From: Psilocybe cubensis | Taxonomy: Eukaryota | Length of the DNA stretch: 64,000 nucleotides | Direction: 5' to 3' | NCBI GenBank assembly: GCA_017499595.2 | Contig: CM038998.1 | Span: 3,720,001-3,784,000 of the forward strand | Part shown: positions 50,053-64,000 of the stretch, in pieces | Position numbering within the stretch: position 1 is the stretch's first letter | Layout of the letters: each line of letters starts with the position of its first letter | Translations under genes and position numbers: made by a program | The notes under the pieces: model-generated | The model's input: only the letters and a program-made list of their open reading frames with translations | Databases searched by the model: none | Told to the model about the DNA's origin: nothing

Positions 50053-52660
50053 GGTGGTGCTGGAAATAGGGTCAAGTGACGATTAAGACACGGCTGTCAC
50101 TGATATGATATGCGGAGTTTAAATTGTATAAATAAGGGGGGGCCTCTCTCCTACTCGTCTCCCCACTTCTCTCTTTCTCTTCCATCTTCTAGAATCGAGA
50201 CCACCATCGATCCATCTGCGCCTCTTCCCCGCTCTTGCTCTTGGATATCCCCCATCTCACGCCAAGTCGTACACTACAGCTCCAAATCCAGAGGTCTTTC
50301 TTATCGAGCGCACCGCTAGAGCCTGCTCCAGACTCACTGCACGCCCGATTTCGTTTGATCTTCGGATTTGGGGCTCTACATGTTCACTTGTCCCCTCAAT
50401 CTTAATGATCTGCTTGGACTGTGTTCTCCTTGCAAGACTGCATCTTCGCTTTTGGCTTGTATACACTCAGATATCGCCTAATTCAGTTCATCAGTGGGAT
50501 ACCAGCGCTTTTTCTCGCTCTCGCACAACCCATCCCCACTTCCACTCCCCCCATCGATATCGATATCGATAGCCTTATCAACTCATCCGCTACACCACCC
50601 GAACATCATAATTATAATTATCTTTCTGTCAACGAACTGATCACGGTGGCCCACAAAATGCACTAAAATGGCCATTATTTATAACCGTGGGGATGATTAC
50701 TTGGAGTAGATAGTAATAATACATAAAACACTTACCCAGCCGGTCAGTTCACAGGCGTGTCATCGGCAGGGTCTAAAGAACATAAATAATCTACATAACC
50801 GACTTACACGTCGTGACAGTTGCACACAGTCCATTCACGCGTTTTCAAGACGCACGAGAGCAAACGATGTGCCCAAAAATAGCCGCAGCTGTACTACCAT
50901 GAGGCGCCGATAGAGCCTAGCTCATTATTTGCAGGCGAGCACCAAACCAAAGTCGAGAAAGCCGTATCACGGTTGGCGTGAAAGATACACGTGTTTCTTA
51001 AGCTTCTGGAGTATACAACATCCACTAACGCACACTTCTTCTCGTACCCCCGCTCTCCTGCTAACATCTCCACCTGGTGGCGATGCATATCATCCAAACC
51101 CGGAACCAGCCGAATACCGTATTAAATGCTCCCCTGCGCTAATTTCTTCTCGTATCAAAGTTTGTCGAAACACGTTATTGATTGTAAAAATTATTCCACA
51201 AGTCATTTACCCACCTCTTCTTGCTCGCCAATCCATCTATGTTTCAATATATCTCGATCCGGAATCCACCTTTGGCAAACACCTGGATATGCTGGGTTCT
51301 CACTGCCAAATCGACAACCTGATTCAAAGATCAAATTTGGATCAGCAGGGACGATCTCTCAGGAAGAGTAAGTAGGGTACAAAAGCGGTGTCAGTGGCAC
51401 TGATACCACACAGACAACAGGCATCTTCCGGGAGAAGTTGGAAAACAGCAGAATCCCTCTTACAAAAACCTTTAACGTACTTGTGTGGACTTGTGTGTGT
51501 ACCCGGGAGAATAAGCGGGAGAATTCGCATTGCCAATGTCTCGGTAGACTTCTCTCTGACTGCCCGCTGGTAATCCATAATTAAAACAGAGTCCAATGAG
51601 ATTAACATGCTTCTTTTTTCAGCGGCTTTGGGATTAATGGAAAGACAATCCTTTGATTGTTGGTGCTTAGATTCCCCAATCCTAAGGGCTCCCACACCGC
51701 CAGGAATCTGATGTTAGAATAACAACAGGATCCTTCAAATCGGAACTTGTACGCGATAAAACATCACCCTGTATTTCACAAGCCTACCGTCTAGATCAGG
51801 CGTGCTCTCATGAAGTGCAGCATAAGGGTTGCAATCGATAACGGACTGCTTTAAGCTTCTTTCGAACACTACAATTCATCGGACATCGGTAATGATACAC
51901 TGCAGTGGTTTCAACGAAGACGGCCAATCCGATATTTCGCCACGCATGGCGCAATCTACGGGCGCTTAACTGCATCTACCCGTTGACCTGCACGCTGGTA
52001 ACATAAATGTACGTATCGACACCTTTTGAAACTATCGTCACAATTGCAGAGTTTTTCAAATAATCAGCGAAAGAAAATCTTCTCCTACAACCACCTGAAC
52101 ACTCTGGGAATCTGCAGTGAGTCATAATCCAGATGTCTGGTGACAGGTGCGCCACTCGGTCATCGGAACTCCTCGGTTCAGGTTTCTCTCAGACCAAACA
52201 GGCATCACCTGGCACTCTTCGTGTAGTGTCTTATCTCAAATCCATCAGTGGCTCATGGTGTCAGAACTGAGAATGATAACACGAGCTTCGGATGCACGCC
52301 GTCTATGCCAAAAGCCGGTTAGTCTCACTGAGATTGACGAGCTTTCGCAAGTTATTGTTCGTCCACCTCCAGCCTGAGGTATCCCGGTATCCCTGGAAGG
52401 TCTCGTGTAAATGTATCATCCAGTCAGCTTCTCTTCCGGTGTAGTGTTTCCAAATGCCTAAAACTGGCAAGCAAATCTCGTAGGTATTGACGCATGACGG
52501 TTGAAATTCGCAAAGGGGTATGGTTTTAATTTTCAAAAACAAGTTTTACAGTCAACAGGGCGTAGGGTTAACAATCCATCACAATATACTACATATTCAC
52601 TTGGTCAAGACGTAAAACTTGAATACCATAGTCGACCAGTGCTCTAGCACAAAAGCAGCA

Positions 52661-54378
52661 TTAGTTAGTTTCCCTCATATGAGCAGGAGTTGGCCAGTAA
52701 TCTTCTCGAGGAGCGCTCGTGGCAAATATAGATGCTGTGTCTTCCATGTGGCTCCAAAGAAAGTCAGTATCAGAACAAGAGCCGGCAATGAATGTGAGCC
52801 ATCGTTTCCACGAATCGGGAGCCTGTGTGTACCGCTTCATCCCTCGGGCTTCAATCCAGGATGGATAAAATCCAGCATCAGCCCAATCAATTATCCATAA
52901 TACGCCATCTTCGGATAGAATGATGTTGGAGAGGCTGAGGTCGCAATGAGTAAAATTTAATTTCCAATCAGAGTCGGGTGGAAGGTACAACGGCGGCGGC
53001 GTAGGCGGGGGTGGGTCATCGGGATGTAGTTGGCAAAATAATCTATGTTGCTCAAAGCAACCAACATAAGCAACCTTTGCTATCCAGTTCCGAAATGTTT
53101 CCACATCACGAAAAGGACCATTCCATAAATAAATGTCAAAAAGTGCTCCCTTAACCAGTCCGCGCTCTATGTTACCTGGCCTGTCGCTAGTTATCTGTCG
53201 CATCTGTAAAACGTATCTGCGCAGTGTGCACGCGATGCGAAACTGGTAGAATATGCTGAACGAATCCCAACATTCGAGAAGCATTGTACCGGGGATGAAA
53301 TCAGTGACAAACACATCTTTCAGATGTAGATAGCGTGGCTGCGGAACAGGAATGTTCGTGTGAGCACGAACAAATATGCTGTTAAATTTTTCATAGCGAT
53401 CCAGACGTTTGGCGATCAAAGTTGGGGCAATCTTGTGCGTTGGCGCCAACCCAATCTGTAAGCCAGCAAGCGATGCTAGACGTTTGTTGAAAGCAACTGA
53501 CTCCGGTGTTTTGGTAAGTTCATATGCCACGTCGTCATCTGGAATTTCAGGAAGATCCTTAGAGTCAGGGGTCTGTGCAGATACATCAGTTCCTATTAAG
53601 ATTGGTAAGAACGTCTGGTACGAACATCTTTGTTGATATTTGGAGGGACTGGAAGGGAGAAAACCAAAGCGATGACATCCAGCGCCCACGATCGAATTGG
53701 TGCAAGTATCTTGAGGACCCGTTGTCCAATCGAAATTGGAATGGGATGAATTTTGTCCACTTTATCCGCATCAGTTGAATCTTTGTGGACACTCAGAGAT
53801 AGTTCAAACTAACCTATGGCAGAACACAGTTCATCGATGCCACTTCCATTCTGGCTTCCAACAAGGTGGCTGGATAAAGATGTGAAAAGAGTGATCCAAT
53901 ATGTCACCATTCTTGGATATGCAACATGGTATGAATTTGGGTTCATCGTATCCTGTTTTGTCCCAACAATACAAAACATCTTTCGATTTTGCCAATACTT
54001 GTCGTGAACAAATTCTGCATATTGAATGGCCAGTTCAGTAATATCAGTACCCAGATTAAGAGCCATCAGAACAGCGTCCGAGTTCTCCAATAATTCTGGG
54101 GCATCCATGTCCATTTCCTGAGACTTAAAACAAAATTTGTGTCGATCGTTACTTCGAACGTAAGAGTAATTATTCTAGTGTAAAATGGGACTTAGCCTGG
54201 ACTTTTGGGAAACAAAAAATCAGAATATATACGCTTACCAACCGATTACAAAGTGTAGTTCGTCCAGTCCCTGATGCACCTAATAAGAACTTTGTTCAGT
54301 TTGGCCATTACTATCACGCCGTTTCACTGTAGTCAATTCGGACTTACCAGTCACTGACAGCCGAATGATGGTTGACAT
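52661..54378 (-). CDS. Ras-like/APH-like fusion, copy 4
   Basis: Same 5-exon layout. MSTIIRLSVTGASGTGRTTLCNRL, GTKQD, HCDLSLSN and IDW. Confidence 0.85.
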
Positions 54379-54825
54379 GAGTCGAGGCGTGAGTGAGCTG
54401 GTAAATGCGACGTTTTGTGGTGCAAGAAGTGAGCTGGGAGATTAAGAAAAGAATGGGGGAATTGGTTCGAACAACTTTGTTCGAAGGATCACTCGATCTT
54501 GTTGCTTGGTCGTGTGTATGTACTATTATTCCCACACATCTAATGGCGTCATGGAAGAAGTACTCTTTCCCATGACTCGCTGGACTGACTCGTCGAAAAG
54601 ATTGTCCGAGTTGATTCAAGAATATTGTATGGATCCCCTTTGATTTAGGATTTCTCTGAGCTGATGATAGAACCAGCCTTGGCTTCATTCAAACAATGGT
54701 TACATACATGTAAGTAGCACTGCATCATGTAATATTTGTTGTCTCTCAAGGCTCTCGGGATATAGTCTCTCCTAGACAGACCATGATACGAGTTGCCTAG
54801 TGCTCTAGCGCAAAAGCAGCATTGG

Positions 54826-56549
54826 TTAATATATCTTAGTTTCCTTCATATGAGCAAGAGTTGGCCAGTAATCCTCTCGAGGAAAGCTCGAGCCATATAT
54901 AGATGATGTTTCTTCCATGTGGCTCCAAAGAAAGTCAGTATCAGAACAAGAGCCGGCAATGAATGTGAGCCATCGTTTCCACGAATCGGGAGCCTGTGTG
55001 TACCGCTTCATCCCTCGGGCTTCAATCCAGGGTGGATAAAATCCAGCATCAGCCCAATCAATTATCCATAATACACCATCGTCGGATAGAATGATGTTGG
55101 AGAGGCTGAGGTCGCAATGAGTAAGGTTTAATTTCCAATCAGAGTCGGGTGGAAGGTACAACTGCGGCGGCGTAGGCGGGGGTGGGTCATCCCGATGTAG
55201 CCAGCAAAATAATCTATGCTGCTCAAAGCAACCAACATAAGCAACATTTGCTATCCAGTTCCGAAATGTTTCCACATCACGAAAGGGACCATTCCATAAA
55301 CAGATATTGAAAAGTGCTCCCTTAACCAGTCCGCGTTCAATGTTACCTGGCCTGTCGCTAGTTATCTGTCGCATCTGTGAAACATATCTGCGCAGTGTAC
55401 ACGCGATGCGAAACTGGTAGAATATGCTGAACGAATCCCAACATTCGAGAAGCATTGATCCTGGGATGAAGTCGGTGATAAACGCGACTTCCAGATGTAG
55501 ATAGCGTGGCTGCGGAACAGGAATGTTCGTGTGAGCACGAACAAATATGGTGTTAAATTTTTCATAGCGATCCAGACGTTTGGCGATCAAAGTTGGGGCA
55601 ATCTTGTGCGTTGGCGCCAACCCAATCTGTAAGCCAGCAAGCGATGCTAGACGTTTGTTGAAAGCAACTGACTCTGGTGTTTTGGTAAGTTCATATGCCA
55701 CGTCGTCATCTGGAATTTCAGGAAGATCCTTAGAGTCAGGGGTCTGTGCAGATACATCAGTTCCTATTAAGATTGGTAAGAACGTCTGGTACGAACATCT
55801 TTGTTGATGTTTGGAGGGACTGGAAGGGAGAAAACCAAAGCGACGACATCCAGCCCCCATGATCGAATTGGTGCAAGTATCTTGAGGACCCGTTGTCCAA
55901 TCGAAATTGGAATGGGATGAATTTTGTCCACTTTATCCGCATCAGTTGAATCTTTGTTAATACACACAGAGATCACCCAAACTAACCTATGGAAGAACAC
56001 AAATCATCGATGCCACTCCCATTCTGGCTTCCAACAAGATAACTGGATAAAGACGTAAAAAGAGTGATCCAATATGTCACCATTCTTGGATATGCAACAG
56101 GGTATGAATTTGGGTTCATTGTATCCTGTTTTGTTCCAACAATACAAAACGTCTTTCGATTTTCCCAATACTTGCCGCGAACAAATTGCCCATATTGACT
56201 GGTCAGTTCAGTGATATCAGTATCCAGATTAAGAGTCATCAGAACAACGTCCGAGTTCTCCAACAAGTCTGGGGCATCCATGTCCATTTCCTGAGACTTC
56301 AAACAAAATTCGTGGCCATCGCCACTTCGAACGTAAGAGTGATTATTCTAGTGTAAAAGGGGACTTAGCCTTGACGTTTGGGAAATACAAGAGCACAATA
56401 TGTACGCTTACCAACCGGTTGCAAAGTGTAGTTCGTCCAGTCCCTGATGCGCCTAAGAAGAACTTAGTTCAGCCATTACTAGTATAACGCCGTTTCTCTG
56501 CAGTCAATTCGGACTGACCAATGATTGACACACGAATTTTGGTTGACAT
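54826..56549 (-). CDS. Ras-like/APH-like fusion, copy 5
   Basis: Same layout. MSTKIRVSIIGASGTGRTTLCNRL, GTKQD and HCDLSLSN. Closest to copy 4. Confidence 0.85.
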
Positions 56550-57214
56550 GAGTTAAGTCGTGAGCGAGCTGGTAGACCCGAGGTTTTTCAGTGCAAGAAG
56601 TGAGCTGGGAAATTTAGGAAAGGATCGGGGAATTGGTTTGAACAACTTTGTTCGAAGCATCTTGGACGCATCTAGGCTCAATCTCGTTGCTTGGTCGTGT
56701 TTATGTACCATTATTCCCACACACCTCATGGCGTCATATGGTCAGTAGGCTGCCATGCAGATCTTCTCCCCATCTCCCCTTGCTCAGATCGTCAGTTCCA
56801 ACATAATGCCAAAGGCCTACCATAGGATATCTGGGACCCACGTGTAGGCTCTGTATATAAATGGGCGCCATCCGCGACCAACATAGACAATTTCAGAAAA
56901 GCGTATGATTTGACCCTATATGACAATGTCTACATCTTTCCCATAGTAATGCCGGATGACTCGCTCATTCAGCCGGAAAACTCTGAAAACCTGTAGGATT
57001 GCATGTCCCTAATTCTTGTATGATCTTAAGTCAACCTTCAGTGCTTCCAACGCATCCATTTAGCTTTTCATGGGTCGTTCATAATTGTTTTCCATCCGCC
57101 TCGTAAAAAATGCATTACACTGTCCTATGTACGGCCGAGAAGTAAAGTACCTAGTCAGTATTTGGACAAATTGAACCAACACTATCGACTGTTTATAATG
57201 CGAATGAATATATT

Positions 57215-58950
57215 TCACCAGTTACTCATCTCATGTTCCGGCCAAAGTGGCCAATAGTCCTCCCGTGGAGCATCAAACGAACTGTATAGAGATACACAAT
57301 AATCCATATGAGCCCAAAGCTCGTCAACATTGGATGGAAAATCAGTAATGAAGGAGATCCATTGCTTCCAAGAATCAGGTGCCTCAGTGTACCTCTTCAT
57401 TGCGTGGGACTCTAGCCAAGGTGGATAAAACCCCGTATATGCCCAATCAATAAGCCACAGCACGCCGTCTTCTGAAAGTATGACATTGCTGAGGCTGATA
57501 TCGCAATGTGCGAGGCTCAATTTCCAGTCCGTGTCATCTGGAATCGGCGGCATCGGAGGAGCAGGTGGTGGTGGTTCGTTGGGATAATCACTGCGAAATC
57601 CCTCGACAAGATTAACTCGGTCATAGTAAGCAATGTGCTTTACCCAGTTGCGAAAAATTTCGACATCACGGAAGGGCCCATTCCATATACTGGGGTCGGA
57701 AAAGAGCGCACCATTGACGTGTCCATGTTCGATACTCCCAGGTCGCTCACTCGTAATGCTTCGGAGTTGGGAAACATACCGTCGGAGAGTGCATGCAATG
57801 CGGAATTGTTGAAACTTGGTTAGTGAGTCCCAACACTCTAGAAGCATCCGGCCAGGAATGAAATCAGTGATGAACGCTTCTTTCAAGTGGCGGTAACGAG
57901 GTTGTGGAACTGGGATATTGGTATATGCACGAATAAAAATGGTATTGAATCTTTCGAGTCGGTGGAGCCGTTTTAACACTAGAGTCAGCCCTACTTTGTA
58001 GGTGAACGCTGAGCGGAACAACGAATTTGCAAATGATGCAATATGATTATTGAAGTCTATGGATTCGGGTGTATCAATCATTTTCCAGGCCGTATCGTCA
58101 TCTGGAATGGCCGGAAAATCATCAGGATCTGGTGTCTGAATTATAACAAAATTAAGCCTCCTAGAGAGTAGAAGGCTACCGGAAAGTGACATACATCTTT
58201 GTTGATATCACGAGGAACCGGAAGGGCAAAGGCCATGGCAATCAGGTCACAGAGTCTTGACCGTAAATGTGAAAACAACTTGTTCACAGAGGATCCGATT
58301 GAGGGTCTTATGGGGTACTTGAAATTCGCTTAATCATGAGTGTCAGTAAGGCTAATGTGCATGTAGACAAGACGGGAGCTTACCTAAAGAGGAACATAAT
58401 CGACCGAGGTCACTTTTACTGCGATTGTCGATAAAGAAGGTGGATAAATAAGTGTACATCGTAATCTTTGTTGTCTCCCTCTCGGGATATTGTACAATGT
58501 CTAATCCTGCATCCAGAGCGTCCAATTTGGTGCCAATGAAGTAAAACGCTTTACGTTGTTCCCAATAGTTGTCATAGATAAACTTTGCATAGTGAAGGAC
58601 TGTTTGTTTGAAGTCTGTGTCAAGTGCAAAAGTGATCAGAACAGCGTCAGAACCATCTAACAATGTTGATGGTTCGGTATTAGCTTCTTGTACTATGAAA
58701 TGGAAACGCTGTCCATCTTTATTCCTAATGTATACATAGTCATTCTGGATATAAATCGATTAGAAGTTTTGTGGGCTACAGCGTCGATAACATAGTGTAT
58801 GTTACTAACCAGTCGTTCACGAAATGTTGTTCGTCCACTTCTTGGAGCCCCTGAAAAGCGTCAGCGATTGGTTGGATTTCTCTTCATCAACCTTAATATC
58901 CTATAAAATTGACAAATACCTATGATAGACAGTCGAATCTCCGTCGGCAT
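57215..58950 (-). CDS. Ras-like/APH-like fusion, copy 6
   Basis: Same layout. MPTEIRLSIIGAPRSGRTTFRERL, GTKLD, HCDISLSN and IDW. Confidence 0.83.
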
Positions 58951-59871
58951 TACCTTCACTGCTACAGAAGGACTAAGTCTTTGGACGAGTAAGGTGTTTA
59001 GAGAATCAAGAGATAGATCCTTTCTCACGCGGGTTCAATCAACTTTAGAGCACGTGAGCTCAAAATTCAGAAGGCCGTACAGGTACAAAAGGAAATCCGT
59101 CTGGACTCTGGAGATCCTAAGCTCTCAAGCAAAAATACCAAATTTTGCTTAATCCTGGTTTTCAGGAGAAACCGTGGCATTAGGAAATGCTTCTATTCCA
59201 ACTTTATGGCGCATCTAACCCAAAGTCAACCCAAAGTAGATCAAAGGGTGCAAAGAACGGTGGGTAATTTTTCTCTTTGGGATTTTTATTATTGATAATT
59301 CTCAAGTAGAAATCGAAATTTACCACGCTGGAAGAGATATAAAGCCCAATAGAATCCTTAACATTTCGGGAGGAGAAGGGGTTGAACCGCATGATTATAT
59401 GCGCTGTAAACTTCCTGCTAATCAAGATTGTCAGCATATGTAATGTGCGCAAACCAGCTGTTTTGAGTAACGGAGAGGAAAGTTTCATATTTGATGGTTT
59501 CTGCGGTGCCTCCGTGAGCGTTGAATCGATGTTACTCAGAGAAAATACGTACTTATGGAGGTTCATAACAAATAAATTGTTGGTTCTAGAACTGAATTGG
59601 TGATTTCAGGATGTTGGCATCACAGAAATTACTAGTCACTCACAAAATATTGAATATCCAGAAAAAGCGATGGGAAGAGCTGCCCGTAGGGTTGCTAACT
59701 TACTTTTGCTCGACGATTCTAAGTCGAAATGCACACTAAATGCACGGACCATGCACTTGATCGTGAGAATAAATGTGGCACCCATGTACACCCGGGCTAA
59801 CCTAACCCCAACTACTAAAATTATCAAAATGCCGCTCTTGCTCCATCTACGCTCACCAACGTTTAACCTGA

Positions 59872-61441
59872 ATGCCCGCCTTTCTTCATGACGACGCGCT
59901 ATCTCTCATTCTGGGTGCATGTTCTATCTCAACCCTGGCCGCCGCCTCTCGGGTTTCCAGCCGTATGCGTTATCTTGCAATGCCCCACTTACTGCATACC
60001 GTCTATCTCAAATGTACCGACGACCAAATTATCAGCTTTTGCAGCTTCATCATTGTCAATGCATCGAAATTTAATGCAGAGTCTCACCCCGAGTCTTTTG
60101 GCCCAGGGAAGTACATTCGGAATCTTGAGCTACTTAATCGAACAAGGGGCTACTGTGAATATGTAACCGACAGCGAATACTCCGAGAGGAATCCAAGTGC
60201 AGCCTGGACACAGCTGCTCACGCAGGCTTTGGGTTTTATGCCCAACCTCCTTACATTTCTCAGTCTGGCCTACGACATCGATGACTTTATTAAACCGTCT
60301 CCACAATTTGCGCAAGCTTTGCTGAGTCTCCCGCGTCTAGAAATTCTTACGCTTAAAGGCATAGGCCCGGAAACATCAAAGGCTATAGCGGGGGGGATAG
60401 ACATGATGGGCGACAGTATCAATTTAAAATTAAAGCAACTTATTCTCTTTGGCAAACAAGAGTGGGTTTCGGACATTTTGGTTGTGGCCGGGGATGGTGT
60501 GAAGCGTCTGTTATACCTATCCAGAGTCCATTTAATCTCATTGGAACTGGCGTTCTTCTCTTTTATGAATGTCGACGGTGGCTGGGCAAACACGGCGGAA
60601 GTCACATTTCCTAATGTCGTCTTCGCTGCAATACACGGTGATGGAATGCCAATAAAACCGATGGCAAGTGCATTTCCAGCGGTACGCTTTCTTGATATCC
60701 AAACAGACGTCTCGTGCCTTCGGCATAATATCAGACCTTCTTCCGCCAACATCTTGTTCCCATCCCTTACGTCTATTTCGGGCTCTTATAGCGAAATCTA
60801 CCATATTCTAAAGCACAATTTAGCTAGGAGCCGCGTACTTCGCGTCGTCATTGGCGATGACTGGAGTAAAGACAGGGTTTCCGCTGAGGCACAACCATTA
60901 CGGATATCAATGATTGCACCCCACTTAAAGTGCATTGTTTTCAGGCAGAGATTTATCAGGCCATTATCATGGTGGAAGGAGTTTGGATCCTCCCTTCCTA
61001 ACATGATTTATATGAGCGTTAACCTTCAAATCAGATCCGAAGCCAAGTGGAACTTACTTGTGAGTACAGAACGTGCTTAAATTCAACTTTTGGTTGGTGA
61101 CTGAATGTTGATTTCAGTGTAAAGATATACCAGGTGCTCTCGGAGCAATGCAACTCCGGTGCCTGACAGTCGTTGCCTACAAGTATGACCGCAAATACTG
61201 TGGCACTAACTCCATTTACACGGAAGAAGATGCGTTTGCGCTTTCGTATGGAAAGAGCATTCCCACTCTGGAATATTTTGAGTTCAAGATTCCTGGGTTC
61301 ATAAGGGGAACATCTTGGATAAAGTTTATTCGCAAGGGTGACGAGACATTACTACAGAAATTATCTCTCACATGGAATGAAGAGGTTGCGCTCAGAAACT
61401 CGTATGACTACCAGGGCACCTACGATACAGAGAAATCATAA
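59872..61441 (+). CDS. F-box-like / leucine-rich-repeat-like protein (2 exons)
   Basis: N-terminal LHDDALSLIL...LAAASRVSSRMRYLA is F-box-like and is followed by LxxLxL-type segments. Intron at about 61060-61117. Confidence 0.7.
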
Positions 61442-61745
61442 TCCTCGTAGCAGAAGCAAAGCACGGCGTTTAATATCAGGATGTTTTAACTCATGAGAAC
61501 CCTTTTTTGAATTTAATGAAATACAGTAAACGGCTGCTGGATGGACAAGAAGCAACAAACAAGGTTACGTTTGTCTTGATCTAGGATGATACCGCGGCGA
61601 TAGCCCCTATTTTAACAATCTAATCTACTCCATCATTAAAACCACGGTTGCGATGCCGATCATGAAGTCCCAGGTCGATCAGCTTAAAATCCTGCGTGGA
61701 TTCTTTCTCTTCCTTCCTTAGCCTTACCCCACGGGCACAGAGAAA

Positions 61746-64000
61746 ATGGCAGACATAACAGTCGATACAGCAACTCGATCCAATATCACCGAAATCGCAA
61801 CTGAACATGTCGATTTTGAATGGAGAGTCGATTTCGAAACACAAGTTATCTCGGGCAGTGCGACTCACACTATGATAGTGAAGAAAACTGGAGTCACAGA
61901 GGCTATGTGCGTATTGCAGACCAACATGACTATCGTATGCTTATATATCTGTTGCAGTTTTGATACCGGGGATCTGAGCATCAGTGCGATCACCATTAAC
62001 GGACAAGCCGCACAGGTGCCATGAGCCCTTGATATGCTGCAAGCGCGTCTGGCTGACCAACTCCATCTCTCAAGTATACTCTTGATCCCAAGGATCCAGT
62101 CACAGGTTCTGCTTTGCACGTTGTTCTTCCCGGAGGTTTGCAAGAAGAAGCCAAGGTCACCATCAAGGTTTACTACAGAACCACCCAAGACTGCACTGCG
62201 TTACAATGGTTGGACAAGGAGTGAGCTTATTCTTTCGTCGTTCCTGTGCTCTTTCTGATGTTGTAACGAAGTCAAACGCAAGGAAAAAAGTTCCCTTATC
62301 TATTCAGCCAGTGTCAGCCTATCTACGCGCGCTCCCTTGCGCCTCTTCAAGGTACATGCCGGTCCATTCGCAGTGCTATGTACTAATTTTACTGATAACC
62401 TGACTTATAGACACTCCTGGAAACAAAATTGTGAGCAATAACATCCATACCGTGGCAAAGAAGAGGTCTGAAACACTCATAACAACAGAAATACTCCGCA
62501 AAAGTCACTGCTGTACTTCCAGTACTGCTCTCTGCTATACGTATATCGCCACCATCCGACGGGCCCCCTCACGATGGCAAAGAAATAGGAACGGACCTTG
62601 TGACCTATACATACGATCAGGTTTGTCTGGTCGCGTCGTCATGTTTGCTATCATTGCCTTGACACATTTACGTATCAGCCCATACCAATCCCGTCGTACC
62701 TGATTGCTATCGCAGTGGGCAACGTCCTCTATGAAGAGTTTAAAACGCCTGAAGGCAAACAATGGACCAGTGGTATCTGGGCTGAACCCGAGACGATCGA
62801 AGCCGCGTACTACGAGTTTAGCGAAGACACAACGAAGTATGGATGCTCTTGTATGAAACATCGATGTCAAGTCTAAAGATTGGTCTCCCAAGGTTTTTGG
62901 CAGCGGAGGAGGAGCTCGTCACGTCCTATCGATTCGGGGTGTACGACCTGCTCGTGTTGCCACCTTCTTTCCCATATGGAGGCATGGTACGCACATCTAT
63001 GTTTGGTGTAGATTAATACTGAGATTACACTCAGGAAAACGCGTGCCTGAGTTTTTTGACTCCAAGTAAGCGTCCTCTATCCAAATACATCACAATCGAT
63101 TGACCACTGCATAGCTCTCTTGACCGGGGACAGAACCCTCGTCGACGTTGTCGTGCACGAGCTCACCCACTCATGGTTCGGAAACGGCGTCACGCAAGTC
63201 CTTTCTCCATTCTCCTCCCGTCCAGCATCCCCAACTGACCCACTCTGACCCCAAAGCCACGCAAACCCCTCCCACTTCTGGCTCAACGAGGGCTGGACGA
63301 CGTACATCGAGCGCGTGCTGCAGGAGAAACTGCACTCCCCCGCCGCCCGCGGCTTCGCATATGTGATCGGGTCCAAGGCGCTGTACGACTCGCTGAAGGA
63401 CTACGAGGACCGGCCTAAGTTCCAGAGGCTCGTCATCGCCTTTGAGGAGGGCGAGGATCCCGACGACGCATACAGCAGCATTCCATACGAAAAGGGTGCG
63501 AATTTCATCCTGCACCTCGGTGAGTCCTCTTCATCTCTGCATGTATTCGCATTCTAATATAAAAGCGTGAGTGCAGAAGAAACCCTCGGCGGACTCGACG
63601 TGTTCTTGCCCTACGTCAAAAGCTACGTCGAGAAGTTCATGGGGCAAAGCATAACAACCGCCGAATGGAAGGAGCACCTCTACGAGTACTGGCGCGACGC
63701 CGACGAGTCCAAGATCGCCGCCCTCGACGACGTTGACTGGGACGGCTGGCTGTACGGCGAAGGCACCGAGCTGCCAGTGAAAATGGTGTACGATCTGACA
63801 TTAGCAGAGGCGGCGTGGTCGCTCGCAGAGAGGTGGGACCAAGCGCGGGACAAGTCCGTCAAAGATCTCGACTTTACCGAAGACGATCTGAAAGGATTCA
63901 ACTCGAACCAGATCGGTGCGTAGAACACCCACAGCTGAATAATAAGAAGCTCAAAAAAAGCAAACAAACGAACTGACGAACGACCTTTTCACAGTCGCCT
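61746..64000 (+). CDS. LTA4H: Leukotriene A4 hydrolase / M1 aminopeptidase (3' end beyond the window)
   Basis: [48 protein letters not shown] and PYEKG. Many short introns. Confidence 0.95.

Noticed and set aside
33974-58192. APH ORFs as horizontally acquired antibiotic-resistance genes
   Set aside because: They are the last exons of intron-containing fungal genes, and APH-like kinases are widespread in fungi.

Overview
This is eukaryotic, intron-rich fungal DNA, most consistent with an agaricomycete basidiomycete (short GT-AG introns, typical gene families). The first ~8.6 kb is a repeat nest: a CpG-free Ty3/gypsy 5' LTR plus gag with a Tf1-type self-priming site, inserted in a decayed Ty1/copia 3' end, then degenerate repeats and an internally deleted plasma-membrane H+-ATPase pseudogene. 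Housekeeping genes include a Dbf2/NDR kinase, an LYR-like protein, two MFS transporters, YOP1, OST5/TMEM258, RPA12, a WW protein, a Usp protein and leukotriene A4 hydrolase. The main discovery is six apparently intact paralogues in two tandem triplets (34-40 kb and 52.6-59 kb). By manual splicing each is one 5-exon gene of ~500 aa fusing a degenerate Ras-like P-loop domain (invariant GxxxxGRTT, GTKxD, no DxxG) to an APH/choline-kinase-like phosphotransferase. The ORF track shows these only as fragments. Also present are two ~1.1-kb non-autonomous TIR elements with 6-bp target-site duplications and an F-box-like gene with a decayed paralogue. All family assignments come from motif recognition, not database searches.
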